34,026 bases of DNA from Octopus bimaculoides (lineage: Eukaryota). Positions 9,979 through 22,782 of the stretch are shown here, piece by piece. Below the pieces are notes generated by a model. The model was not told the origin of the DNA and searched no databases. It saw only the letters and a list, made by a program, of their open reading frames with translations. A program made the position numbers and the translations under genes. The stretch lies in the NCBI RefSeq assembly GCF_001194135.2, contig NC_068998.1, positions 14,055,355 to 14,089,380 of the forward strand, in the 5' to 3' direction. The first letter of the stretch is position 1. Each line of letters opens with the position of its first letter.

Positions 9979-12577
9979 NNNNNNNNNNNNNNNNNNNNNN
10001 NNNNNNNNNNNNNNNNNNNNNNNNNNNNNNNNNNNNNNNNNNNNNNNNNNNNNNNNNNNNNNNNNNNNNNNNNNNNNNNNNNNNNNNNNNNNNNNNNNNN
10101 NNNNNNNNNNNNNNNNNNNNNNNNNNNNNNNNNNNNNNNNNNNNNNNNNNNNNNNNNNNNNNNNNNNNNNNNNNNNNNNNNNNNNNNNNNNNNNNNNNNN
10201 NNNNNNNNNNNNNNNNNNNNNNNNNNNNNNNNNNNNNNNNNNNNNNNNNNNNNNNNNNNNNNNNNNNNNNNNNNNNNNNNNNNNNNNNNNNNNNNNNNNN
10301 NNNNNNNNNNNNNNNNNNNNNNNNNNNNNNNNNNNNNNNNNNNNNNNNNNNNNNNNNNNNNNNNNNNNNNNNNNNNNNNNNNNNNNNNNNNNNNNNNNNN
10401 NNNNNNNNNNNNNNNNNNNNNNNNNNNNNNNNNNNNNNNNNNNNNNNNNNNNNNNNNNNNNNNNNNNNNNNNNNNNNNNNNNNNNNNNNNNNNNNNNNNN
10501 NNNNNNNNNNNNNNNNNNNNNNNNNNNNNNNNNNNNNNNNNNNNNNNNNNNNNNNNNNNNNNNNNNNNNNNNNNNNNNNNNNNNNNNNNNNNNNNNNNNN
10601 NNNNNNNNNNNNNNNNNNNNNNNNNNNNNNNNNNNNNNNNNNNNNNNNNNNNNNNNNNNNNNNNNNNNNNNNNNNNNNNNNNNNNNNNNNNNNNNNNNNN
10701 NNNNNNNNNNNNNNNNNNNNNNNNNNNNNNNNNNNNNNNNNNNNNNNNNNNNNNNNNNNNNNNNNNNNNNNNNNNNNNNNNNNNNNNNNNNNNNNNNNNN
10801 NNNNNNNNNNNNGTCTGTTCTGTTTTTGTCAACACTAACCTACAATCTGTCCCTTGTGCATGCTCACGGGATAGATACTTGCCACTTGACGAAGTTGGGC
10901 GCGAATTTGTGAAAAGACAAGCTCTACTTTGTCTGCTTGTCCAAATACAATTTGTAAGTGGAACAATAAAAATATGTAAGACTTTTCTCAAGTTTAAAAT
11001 GTGAATTTTTTTTTTTTTTTTTCGTTATCTGAATTTCAACGATGAAAGCTTTGTATCTTTGTTAGAAACCAGCTCCTTTCCGAAGAGGAAGACTTCAAAT
11101 AATTAAAAATAAAGGAAGACATGCATACACACTTAGAAAGACTACGTAAGCGATGCAAAAGGTGAGAGAGGATGACAGGGAGAGATGTAAAGGGCAAGTC
11201 GAAGTAAAATTTGTAATCAACGATATCGTATTCCTCATATGATGAATAACGTATTATCGCTGTAATGTTTTTATCATCTTCTAGTTCACATGCCATTTTG
11301 AACAAATTTGCCTGAATATTTCATAAGGCGATGTACATGCAATTCTATTATCTTTCTTCGACAGACAGCTTATCGTATGTTTCTTTGAAACTAGAAATTT
11401 TAATCCGTTTTCTTTCTTTTTTTTCTCCATTATTGTTTATTACTATTAATGTATATTTGTGTTTTTACGTTTTTGGTTTGAATTTTTAAATATTTTTTTG
11501 TACTTCATCATGATCATGATCATGATCATGATGATCGTCATCATCATCGTCATCGCCATCATCATCATTATAATCATCATCATCGTCGTCGTCGTCGTCG
11601 TCATCACCACCACCACCACCACCACCAAAACCACCACCACCACCACCANNNNNNNNNNNNNNNNNNNNNNNNNNNNNNNNNNNNNNNNNNNNNNNNNNNN
11701 NNNNNNNNNNNNNNNNNNNNNNNNNNNNNNNNNNNNNNNNNNNNNNNNNNNNNNNNNNNNNNNNNNNNNNNNNNNNNNNNNNNNNNNNNNNNNNNNNNNN
11801 NNNNNNNNNNNNNNNNNNNNNNNNNNNNNNNNNNNNNNNNNNNNNNNNNNNNNNNNNNNNNNNNNNNNNNNNNNNNNNNNNNNNNNNNNNNNNNNNNNNN
11901 NNNNNNNNNNNNNNNNNNNNNNNNNNNNNNNNNNNNNNNNNNNNNNNNNNNNNNNNNNNNNNNNNNNNNNNNNNNNNNNNNNNNNNNNNNNNNNNNNNNN
12001 NNNNNNNNNNNNNNNNNNNNNNNNNNNNNNNNNNNNNNNNNNNNNNNNNNNNNNNNNNNNNNNNNNNNNNNNNNNNNNNNNNNNNNNNNNNNNNNNNNNN
12101 NNNNNNNNNNNNNNNNNNNNNNNNNNNNNNNNNNNNNNNNNNNNNNNNNNNNNNNNNNNNNNNNNNNNNNNNNNNNNNNNNNNNNNNNNNNNNNNNNNNN
12201 NNNNNNNNNNNNNNNNNNNNNNNNNNNNNNNNNNNNNNNNNNNNNNNNNNNNNNNNNNNNNNNNNNNNNNNNNNNNNNNNNNNNNNNNNNNNNNNNNNNN
12301 NNNNNNNNNNNNNNNNNNNNNNNNNNNNNNNNNNNNNNNNNNNNNNNNNNNNNNNNNNNNNNNNNNNNNNNNNNNNNNNNNNNNNNNNNNNNNNNNNNNN
12401 NNNNNNACCTATTTCTCTCTCCTCCCTACCTATTTCTCTCTCCTCTCTCCTTCCCTACCTACCTACCTACCTACCTACCTACATTCTTAGCGCTTTACCT
12501 AATTTCCTACCAACCAACCAACCAGCCAACCAACCAACCAACCAACCAACCAGCCAACCAACTTTCTTACTACCTAC

Positions 12578-12700
12578 ATAGAATAAGTACTAGGCTTCCA
12601 AAGAATAAGTCCTGGAGTCGATTTGCTCGACTAAAAGGCGGTGCTCCAGCATGGCCACAGTCAAATGACTGAAACAAGTTAAAGAGTAAAGAGTAAAGAG
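12578..12700 (+). mobile_element. SINE 3' half ending in (AAAGAGT)n
   Basis: ATAGAATAAGTACTAGGC...CCTGGAGTCGATTTGCTCGACTAAAAGGCGGTGCTCCAGCATGGCCACAGTCAAATGACTGAAACAAG plus a tandem tail. The AATAAGTAC...CTGG.GTCGAT...TCGACT block is shared with 30410-30451. I recall this as the tail of the 8692/30956 family (not verifiable here). Confidence 0.7.
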
Positions 12701-13354
12701 CCCCGAAATGCAACAGTAAATCTTTTTTCTTACATGATACACAATAGACCAAGGAATTAAAAATAATCAATTAGAAATTGCATCTATAAGCTACGGAATA
12801 ATTTCCGTAAACAATATAGCGAAAGAACCGAAGCTTCTCAAAACTACTGTTTAATCATTTCTCTGCAATTAGCAATATCTGTCAATTTGTGTTACTATTA
12901 CCAAAACAATTGAAGCGACAACGTTCTTGCACACTCTATTACAAATGCAAATATCTGTAATTAAAAATAAATGTGGTTTTCTCTAATTTATTTGTATTTT
13001 ATTAACATTTTAACACATTCGAGTAAAATTCACATATTTAGCGTAATTTCTGACTGAGCCGGTGCAATCGGGCGCGCGCGCTTGTTTGTAGATTCGATAG
13101 AATGTCAAATAACTATAACTTGTGTATTTCTTCTGAGTCTTTCTGTTCTGAAGCCATATTCCTCTTTCAATCGGCTAAGTCCCTCATTTCCAAAATTCCA
13201 GTGGTTCGAAGCCAATCGTTTCACCGAGATTACCTACGTTCCACTAACGTTGCTCGATCACGGATGAATCCGGCGGTAGTACACAGCAACAACGATAATT
13301 CTTATATCAATACCATCAAATGTTTAATTCAGTATCCTGTCGATTGCTATCTTA

Positions 13355-14126
13355 CGAGGTGCATTCCAAAAGGATTGTGACTTTTTTTTTAGGAGAGGCA
13401 GTTATAACTGTATTAGATTATTGTAATTTTAATATGTCATTATTAAACATCTAATAAGCTGACCTGCCAATTTTTTAAATTCCAGATCAAAGGCTGTAAC
13501 AGGACTTTGAACACATCTGACTACTTTGCAGAATGCAGTCGGGACGTGAAGATAGTTTGGAAGTTGGCCATGCAATAAAGGTTTTGTGTTAAACCGGGCA
13601 AAAACGTTATGGAAACTTATGAAATTCTTCAGACTGCTTATGGATTAACTTTTATGAGTCGAGCATCTGTTTTCGCTTGCATAAGAGGTTCAAGGGCTGT
13701 AGAGAGGAGGTGAGAGATGATGAGGAGTGTGGGAGAGAGAGAGAGAGAGAGGGATATCAGAGCTGGATGAGAAAATTCGCAATTTTGGGGATGAAGACCG
13801 TCGTGTATTTATAAAGACAATAACCATATAGTTTGAAGTTGTCGTGGCAACCGTACACAGAATTATTCATAAAAAATCTGAGCATTCGCAAAATTTCTGC
13901 AAATTTTATATTTCCAGGGTGCTCACTGAAGGAAAGACGCATTGGTGACAGCAGGGAAACGGTTGAACTCATTACTTCCAATCTAAGAGTACTTGAGTCT
14001 CTGGTGAACTGTGGCGAAAGCTGGGTTTGCTGTTTTGATCCAGCGACTAAGAGACAGAGTGCTCAATGGAATCATCTTGGCACCCCCAGACCCAAGAAGG
14101 CCAGGCAAAGCAACAACAGGGTATTT
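13355..14126 (+). mobile_element. Decayed mariner (IS630-Tc1-mariner) transposon: left TIR plus frameshifted 5' part of the transposase
   Basis: TA|CGAGGTGCATTCCAAAAGG terminus. The frameshifted translation from ATG 13533 includes AIK/FCVK-GK...ETYEILQTAYG...SRASVF...HKRFK..REEVRDDE and later VNCGESWVCCFDPATKRQSAQW...GTPRPKKARQS. The first catalytic D of the TCDESW-type motif is mutated to G. It is truncated by (TGTA)n. Confidence 0.92.
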
Positions 14127-14225
14127 TTGCTTGTATGTATGTATGTATGTATGTATGTATGTATGTCTGTATGTATGTATGTATGTATGTATGTAATTAT
14201 GTATGTATGTATACGTGTAAATGTG

Positions 14226-14327
14226 AAGGTGCAATGGCCCAGTGGTTAGGGCAGCGGACTCGCGGTCGGAGGATCGCGGTTTCGATTTCCAGACCGGGCG
14301 TTGTGTGTGTTTATTGGGTGAAAACAC
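14226..14327 (+). mobile_element. tRNA-derived SINE head, truncated by a gap
   Basis: A box TGGCCCAGTGGTTAGG and B box GGTTTCGATTTCC. Homologous to the head of 8375-8633. Confidence 0.8.
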
Positions 14328-15074
14328 NNNNNNNNNNNNNNNNNNNNNNNNNNNNNNNNNNNNNNNNNNNNNNNNNNNNNNNNNNNNNNNNNNNNNNNNN
14401 NNNNNNNNNNNNNNNNNNNNNNNNNNNNNNNNNNNNNNNNNNNNNNNNNNNNNNNNNNNNNNNNNNNNNNNNNNNNNNNNNNNNNNNNNNNNNNNNNNNN
14501 NNNNNNNNNNNNNNNNNNNNNNNNNNNNNNNNNNNNNNNNNNNNNNNNNNNNNNNNNNNNNNNNNNNNNNNNNNNNNNNNNNNNNNNNNNNNNNNNNNNN
14601 NNNNNNNNNNNNNNNNNNNNNNNNNNNNNNNNNNNNNNNNNNNNNNNNNNNNNNNNNNNNNNNNNNNNNNNNNNNNNNNNNNNNNNNNNNNNNNNNNNNN
14701 NNNNNNNNNNNNNNNNNNNNNNNNNNNNNNNNNNNNNNNNNNNNNNNNNNNNNNNNNNNNNNNNNNNNNNNNNNNNNNNNNNNNNNNNNNNNNNNNNNNN
14801 NNNNNNNNNNNNNNNNNNNNNNNNNNNNNNNNNNNNNNNNNNNNNNNNNNNNNNNNNNNNNNNNNNNNNNNNNNNNNNNNNNNNNNNNNNNNNNNNNNNN
14901 NNNNNNNNNNNNNNNNNNNNNNNNNNNNNNNNNNNNNNNNNNNNNNNNATATATATACGTATGAATATGTATGTGTATATCTATCTATACGTGTATATGT
15001 ATGTGCATATATATATATATGCCTATACATATACATATATACACACTGGTGTATGTATATACATATACACACAC

Positions 15075-15107
<33 letters not shown>

Positions 15108-15176
15108 CATACACATACACACATATATGTATTTCCCTTTATCTCTCACTCTCTCCCTTTCTTCCTCTCTCTATGA

Positions 15177-15207
<31 letters not shown>

Positions 15208-16503
15208 ATATATACATATATCTATATATATATATATATAATATACGGTATATAAAATAATATATATATATATTTATATATGTACGTAGGTAGGTAGGTA
15301 GGTAGGTAGGTAGGTACGTACGTATGTATGTATGTATGTATGTATGTATGTATGTATGTATGTATGTATGCAAGTATGTACGTATGTATGTATGTCTTTA
15401 AATAATATGAAATCTCTTTACACTCACGTGAACACACATAATTTCAGAATTTAAAATTCAAAAGAAAAAAAAAAGGTAAAATAAACCAAGAATTTTCATC
15501 AGAATTTCACTTAATTTCAATATTTTTACCTTTAGAAACAGACGCAAACACTAAAGGCAGAAACAATAAATAGACAAATAATTAAATAAATAAATGAATA
15601 AACAAATAAATAAAATGTTTGCTTTGAATGGTGTATATAATCCACTTCCCTTCCTTTCCCGTCTTAGTTTTAAGTGTTAACTCTATACATATGCGTATAG
15701 CGTCACACGCGCAGAAACATACTCGTATATACTCAAACGTACACACACTCTCTCTCACATACATACATACATACATGCATACATACAAACATACATACAT
15801 ACATACATACATACATACATACATACATACATACATACGTGTGTACACACACGTATATTATATATACACACTTCTCCCTCTCTATGCCAGTCTGNNNNNN
15901 NNNNNNNNNNNNNNNNNNNNNNNNNNNNNNNNNNNNNNNNNNNNNNNNNNNNNNNNNNNNNNNNNNNNNNNNNNNNNNNNNNNNNNNNNNNNNNNNNNNN
16001 NNNNNNNNNNNNNNNNNNNNNNNNNNNNNNNNNNNNNNNNNNNNNNNNNNNNNNNNNNNNNNNNNNNNNNNNNNNNNNNNNNNNNNNNNNNNNNNNNNNN
16101 NNNNNNNNNNNNNNNNNNNNNNNNNNNNNNNNNNNNNNNNNNNNNNNNNNNNNNNNNNNNNNNNNNNNNNNNNNNNNNNNNNNNNNNNNNNNNNNNNNNN
16201 NNNNNNNNNNNNNNNNNNNNNNNNNNNNNNNNNNNNNNNNNNNNNNNNNNNNNNNNNNNNNNNNNNNNNNNNNNNNNNNNNNNNNNNNNNNNNNNNNNNN
16301 NNNNNNNNNNNNNNNNNNNNNNNNNNNNNNNNNNNNNNNNNNNNNNNNNNNNNNNNNNNNNNNNNNNNNNNNNNNNNNNNNNNNNNNNNNNNNNNNNNNN
16401 NNNNNNNNNNNNNNNNNNNNNNNNNNNNNNNNNNNNNNNNNNNNNNNNNNNNNNNNNNNNNNNNNNNNNNNNNNNNNNNNNNNNNNNNNNNNNNNNNNNN
16501 NNN

Positions 16504-16575
<72 letters not shown>

Positions 16576-16801
16576 TACACACATATACATATCTATATGT
16601 ATATATATATAAAGTTATGCTTATATATTCAAGTAGTGTATACATATTGTGTATACCATCTTCGTTATTTTATATATATATATATATATATATGTGCATG
16701 TGTGTGTGTGTGTGTGTGTGAGTGCGTGTGTGTATGCATGCATCTATATATCACACATGGTCGCATATATAATGCATCTGTGCCTCTGTGTGTGTGTTTA
16801 T

Positions 16802-16843
<42 letters not shown>

Positions 16844-18589
16844 TTGTGTGAGTATGTGTGAGTGGTATAAATGTATACATGTATACGTACACGCCAATAA
16901 AGTGTGTTCGTACAGTTAATTGTGAAAGTAGTGGGTGTCGGCATGGAAGTGCGGATGGTGGTGAGTATAAAATCGAACGAAATGAAGCAAAAGAAACTTT
17001 TAAAAATGGACAAATTAAGTAACTCCAATCCTCCCACAAAAAAAAAAGAAGAAAACATAGAAAAAAGAAATAAATTAAAAATATAGCAAATAATATTTCC
17101 TGGTTTTCGTTTATGTTTACGTAAGATGAACTTGCAAATGATGTAAAAATTATGCACGCAATAACGCGTGTATGTATCTATACACACACACACACACACA
17201 CACACANNNNNNNNNNNNNNNNNNNNNNNNNNNNNNNNNNNNNNNNNNNNNNNNNNNNNNNNNNNNNNNNNNNNNNNNNNNNNNNNNNNNNNNNNNNNNN
17301 NNNNNNNNNNNNNNNNNNNNNNNNNNNNNNNNNNNNNNNNNNNNNNNNNNNNNNNNNNNNNNNNNNNNNNNNNNNNNNNNNNNNNNNNNNNNNNNNNNNN
17401 NNNNNNNNNNNNNNNNNNNNNNNNNNNNNNNNNNNNNNNNNNNNNNNNNNNNNNNNNNNNNNNNNNNNNNNNNNNNNNNNNNNNNNNNNNNNNNNNNNNN
17501 NNNNNNNNNNNNNNNNNNNNNNNNNNNNNNNNNNNNNNNNNNNNNNNNNNNNNNNNNNNNNNNNNNNNNNNNNNNNNNNNNNNNNNNNNNNNNNNNNNNN
17601 NNNNNNNNNNNNNNNNNNNNNNNNNNNNNNNNNNNNATATATATACATACATAGATGCTCGAACATTACAATATAAATGTGCATTGCATATCACATCTGT
17701 TCTCACAAATTCATTCACACACGTGAGTATACGTATGTATGTATGTATGTATGTATGTATGTATGTATGTATGCATGTATGTATGCATGCATGTAGGTAT
17801 GTATGTATAAATGTTCGTATGTTTAGATGTATGTATATATAAACGTGTATGTGCGTGTGTATGTCAATAGACATATGTAAGCATGCATTATAGATAAGTA
17901 CATAGGTAAATACGTGCTTAACGGGACGAAAACATTTCATTTAATAGCTTCTAACATTGCAGATAAATTTTTATTCAATTTTAACTCTGTCTCGAAGTTA
18001 CACAATGAAAACCAGTAATATCAATGAAAATACTTAAAAATATTTTATAAATGACTCGAGGTTTCTGTTTGAGATGAAATCTTTTTGATTTTCATGTTAC
18101 TTTTAAATAGATTTGATCAAGTGTTGCTAATGTTAAACGAAAGAAAAACAAAAAGATGGACGGGATCGTAAATATATGATGATGCAATGTTACTAAAGAC
18201 TCCATCATTGCACTACCAGAAAGCAATCGGATCTAAAGACAAGTTTCCAGTTACTTGCAAACAATGAGTTTCGGAGCATGCTCCTACAGTTACAAAATGT
18301 CTTTAAATTATGCTTTATCTCTATAGGGATGTGTCTGAATCTATGGGAAATCAGTAATTGTGTGTTCTGCTCTTGAAATAAGGCAACCGTTCAATTCCTG
18401 TACTCCACCAAAATCGGATTATATTATGTTATGTTTATATTATATTATGTTATGTATGTTATACTGTGTTATATACGTGTGTCTTTCTCGAACTACTACA
18501 GACTAGCATCGCCATCATCATCATCATCATCATCATGCATGGATGCATGCATCGCGCGCGTGCATGTGTGTATGCATGCACACATGCAC

Positions 18590-18620
<31 letters not shown>

Positions 18621-19462
18621 TGTGTGTATGTATGTGTGTATGTATGTATGTATATATGTATGTGTGTATGTATGTACGTACGTACGTACGTATGTGTGAA
18701 TGTATGTTTGTGAAATACCTTTTGATTCTGAGGAGAAACGCCAGTCGTTGGGATAAGGATGTGCGCTATTGCCGTCAGAGATCCCCAAATGAAATAACGA
18801 TTAATAGTCGGAGTGATCAAAGGGACTTATTCGTAGCTGTGTGCTGCCTATGGATACGGTGGTGTTGGTGGCAGCGGCGGATGAGATGCGATGATGTGTT
18901 TAATATGAGTAGTGCTTGTAATGTTTGCCGCTGGAAAAGACAAAGACTCGATATCCTCATTGGAGGATACTTTTCAGGCTTGTGGTCAAGGAATCGGCTC
19001 AGGTTTAGCAATGAGTTGTCTAGTCTGCATGCGGAAAGGTGGAGAGTTTAAAAGATACCTTTACGCTGTCGGATACTAGACTGTTGTGTGTTTAGCTTAT
19101 GTATAAATCAGGATTCGATTAAATATGTCAAATAACAGTTATAGGACCAAATAAATTAATGGACGTATTGGAAGTTTCAAAGGAAAAATGCAAGAGTCGG
19201 TGGGCAAAGTAGAAGATCTTTGTGGGTTTTTCAAAAGAAAAGATGCCACATTCTATGTAAATTAGACACATTTATTCATTTAATCAATAAAAATTAACCT
19301 ATAATTTGTCAGCTGTTATTCGACAAAATCATTAAAACAGAACTACATTGATTTCAATCTTTTCAAATTTTAAGTGGTAAGTGACTAATGTATTTTAAAC
19401 ATATATCGATTTGCAAATTTAAATAAATCGATGAATGTTAAACTATCATTATTAATAATAAA

Positions 19463-19675
19463 GAAGACGGCGCGCTGGAAGAATCGTTAGCACGCTGGGC
19501 AAAGTGCTTAGTAGCGGTTCACTCATCTTTACGTCCTGAGTTCAAATACCATCAAGGTCGACTTTGCTTTTCATCATTTTGGGGACGATAAATTAAGTAT
19601 CAATCAGGCACTAGGAACAATGTCATCAATTTACACCTCCCACAAAATTGCTGGCCTTGTACCAAAATTTGAAAC
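19463..19675 (+). mobile_element. tRNA-derived SINE with 16-bp target-site duplication
   Basis: A-box-like CTGGAAGAATCGTTAG and B box GAGTTCAAATACC. The central GTCGACTTTGCTTTTCATC block is shared with 30280. CATTATTAATAATAAA flanks it at 19447-19462 and 19676-19691. Confidence 0.87.
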
Positions 19676-20171
19676 CATTATTAATAATAAATCATATTTT
19701 GGACTAGGTAGTTAGTATTGACGTTTTTATTCAGTGAATGTTAAGTGTACATAAGTATATAATCCTATAAAAGAAAGCAATTATCTTTATATGTATATGT
19801 ATATGTGTGTGTGTGTGTACATGTGGGTGAGTGTGTGTGTATTTGTAACTGTCTGTACATGCAAATGTTTATACACACATATATTAATATTTGTGTATAT
19901 GTATGGGTCGATGTACATTATCATATGCGTGTGTATATACAGACATGTATTTATATGTATGAATGTATGTATCTATCTATATATGAAAATATGTTTGTAA
20001 ATATGTATATATGCATAAACATATTTAATGTGTGCATATAATTCATATATATGTATATATGCATTTATAAGTATATATACATATACATGTATATTAGTTA
20101 CTCTTTACACAGATACATATATACATATGTATATACATAAGTATATGAGTTTATATGTATGTTTGTATGTG

Positions 20172-20230
<59 letters not shown>

Positions 20231-20554
20231 TTGTATGTGTGTGCGCGCGCGTTCTTATATATGTATATATGATCTTTTTTGTCCAGTTAGATTTCCTTAT
20301 TTCACATTACTTCACATATGACTTAATGTCACGGGTCTGTCTGTGTTTAGCCCAATACTGTTCGGTGCGACCCGTTGGGTTGATAGTCATCTTAGCGGCG
20401 TATCCATTGGGAACCGGAAATCCTGAAAGCATACATATAAATGTGAAAATAATATAGTCAGATAACGATTGTAAAGGTAATGAAACGATAATGATAGAGA
20501 AAATAGCATAAGAAGGCACACACACACACACACACACACGTTAATATTGAACGG

Positions 20555-20665
20555 TGAGAATGAGTGCTCAACACCGCATTGGTGGATAAATATCTTTTAT
20601 TTGTTGGTTAAGAAGGCTGCCAACCGTTTCGTGCCGAAAATTTTCATCAGTTATCAAGCCTTTCA
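20555..20665 (-). mobile_element. PLE pLTR-like remnant with type I hammerhead-like motif
   Basis: The minus strand reads AAGGCTTGATAA-CTGATGA-AAATTTTCGGCAC-GAAA-CGG-TTGGCAGCCTT, then AATAAAAGATATT. Stem I pairs over about 10 bp; stem II is degenerate. Confidence 0.5.
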
Positions 20666-20858
20666 CGTGTGGCGTTGCCACTCCATCCACGATTGAGACA
20701 AGTACCAGCGTCTTGCGTGGAAGGTTTGATAATTGCTGAGAATTCTCAGCATGAAACGAATGGCAGGCTTGTCAAACAAAATTTAAATTTGTTCACGGGA
20801 AACGTTTTGAATATGCATTACAATGTTTATAAATTCCATCCAAGGACTATTGTTATTA

Positions 20859-20915
<57 letters not shown>

Positions 20916-21871
20916 NNNNNNNNNNNNNNNNNNNNNNNNNNNNNNNNNNNNNNNNNNNNNNNNNNNNNNNNNNNNNNNNNNNNNNNNNNNNNNNNNNNNN
21001 NNNNNNNNNNNNNNNNNNNNNNNNNNNNNNNNNNNNNNNNNNNNNNNNNNNNNNNNNNNNNNNNNNNNNNNNNNNNNNNNNNNNNNNNNNNNNNNNNNNN
21101 NNNNNNNNNNNNNNNNNNNNNNNNNNNNNNNNNNNNNNNNNNNNNNNNNNNNNNNNNNNNNNNNNNNNNNNNNNNNNNNNNNNNNNNNNNNNNNNNNNNN
21201 NNNNNNNNNNNNNNNNNNNNNNNNNNNNNNNNNNNNNNNNNNNNNNNNNNNNNNNNNNNNNNNNNNNNNNNNNNNNNNNNNNNNNNNNNNNNNNNNNNNN
21301 NNNNNNNNNNNNNNNNNNNNNNNNNNNNNNNNNNNNNNNNNNNNNNNNNNNNNNNNNNNNNNNNNNNNNNNNNNNNNNNNNNNNNNNNNNNNNNNNNNNN
21401 NNNNNNNNNNNNNNNNNNNNNNNNNNNNNNNNNNNNNNNNNNNNNNNNNNNNNNNNNNNNNNNNNNNNNNNNNNNNNNNNNNNNNNNNNNNNNNNNNNNN
21501 NNNNNNNNNNNNNNNNNNNNNNNNNNNNNNNNNNNNNNNNNNNNNNNNNNNNNNNNNNNNNNNNNNNNNNNNNNNNNNNNNNNNNNNNNNNNNNNNNNNN
21601 NNNNNNNNNNNNNNNNNNNNNNNNNNNNNNNNNNNNNNNNNNNNNNNNNNNNNNNNNNNNNNNNNNNNNNNNNNNNNNNNNNNNNNNNNNNNNNNNNNNN
21701 NNNNNNNNNNNNNNNNNNNNNNNNNNNNNNNNNNNNNNNNNNNNNNNNNNNNNNNNNNNNNNNNNNNNNNNNNNNNNNNNNNNNNNNATATATATATATG
21801 TATATATATGTATATATACATATATGTGTGTGTGTGTGTGTGTGTATATATACATGTATACATATATATCG

Positions 21872-21902
<31 letters not shown>

Positions 21903-22252
21903 TGTATCTATCTATCTATCTAGCTAGCTAGCTATCTATATATAAATAGGTGACAAAATATAATAAACGAACTGGACACTATAAAGAATTAGCACTGGCA
22001 CTGCAGCGACCACGATTCCGAATTTCTTCTCTACCAATATGAGAGACTTTGTTAATGATCAACAGCATTGCCCTCTTTCCTGCCACTAATCTGAAATGAA
22101 ACAAAACAAAAACGAAAAAAAGAAGACCTAACAAACTGTACTTAAATTTAGTGCGTACGAAGGCATCGGTATATATGACAGTTGCTCGGAGGTAGAACGG
22201 GTGTAGGGCCCAATCTAATTTCTGTACGCTCTGACTTTCTGTGAATAAATAA

Positions 22253-22312
22253 TGTTCTAGGCCCCATTGCATTGCTTTGCCCGAGGCCTAGAATGCTTTT
22301 AAGATAGCCCTG
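22253..22312 (-). mobile_element. Possible DNA-transposon (hAT-like) terminal fragment
   Basis: The minus strand begins CAGGGCTATCTTAA and contains GGCC-rich subterminal motifs with an internal inverted repeat (TCTAGGCC/GGCCTAGA). It resembles CAGGGCCG-type termini by recall only. No partner end or TSD was found. Confidence 0.3.
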
Positions 22313-22500
22313 CTTCGGCTACTTTACTCACTATGTTAAAATTTGATTTGAAGCTGTAGGAATGGAAGAAAGAAAGTTTAATCAATAAGAAAAAAAAAAA
22401 ACAAAAACAAAAAGAAACAAACCCAATAAACCTGGATACTACATTTTTTTTGGTGAAAATATAGTATTGATGGTGGTGAGTGATAGTTAATGGGAAGTTG

Positions 22501-22501
<1 letters not shown>

Positions 22502-22590
<89 letters not shown>

Positions 22591-22603
22591 CATTATTATT
22601 ATT
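22502..22603. repeat. (AAT)n followed directly by (ATT)n, giving a 68-bp perfect palindrome at 22502-22569
   Basis: The centre AATAA|TTATT is at 22535/22536, and the arms pair without mismatch for 34 bp. Confidence 0.92.
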
Positions 22604-22722
22604 TCTTTTTTCTTTTGCATTTCGTGAAATGCATTAGCGATGTAAGTGAAGCGAAATCTTTAATTATATATTTAGTTTTGAATCACTAAATGTTTTGTTG
22701 CTAGCCATGCTGTATCTACTGA

Positions 22723-22782
<60 letters not shown>

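Noticed and set aside
13833-14249. 138-aa ORF as a functional transposase
   Set aside because: It is only a fragment, the first catalytic Asp is mutated, there are upstream frameshifts, and it runs into a microsatellite.
18431-19051. 206-aa plus-strand ORF
   Set aside because: The first half is microsatellite, and the Trp/Cys/Arg-rich second half looks like an off-frame translation.
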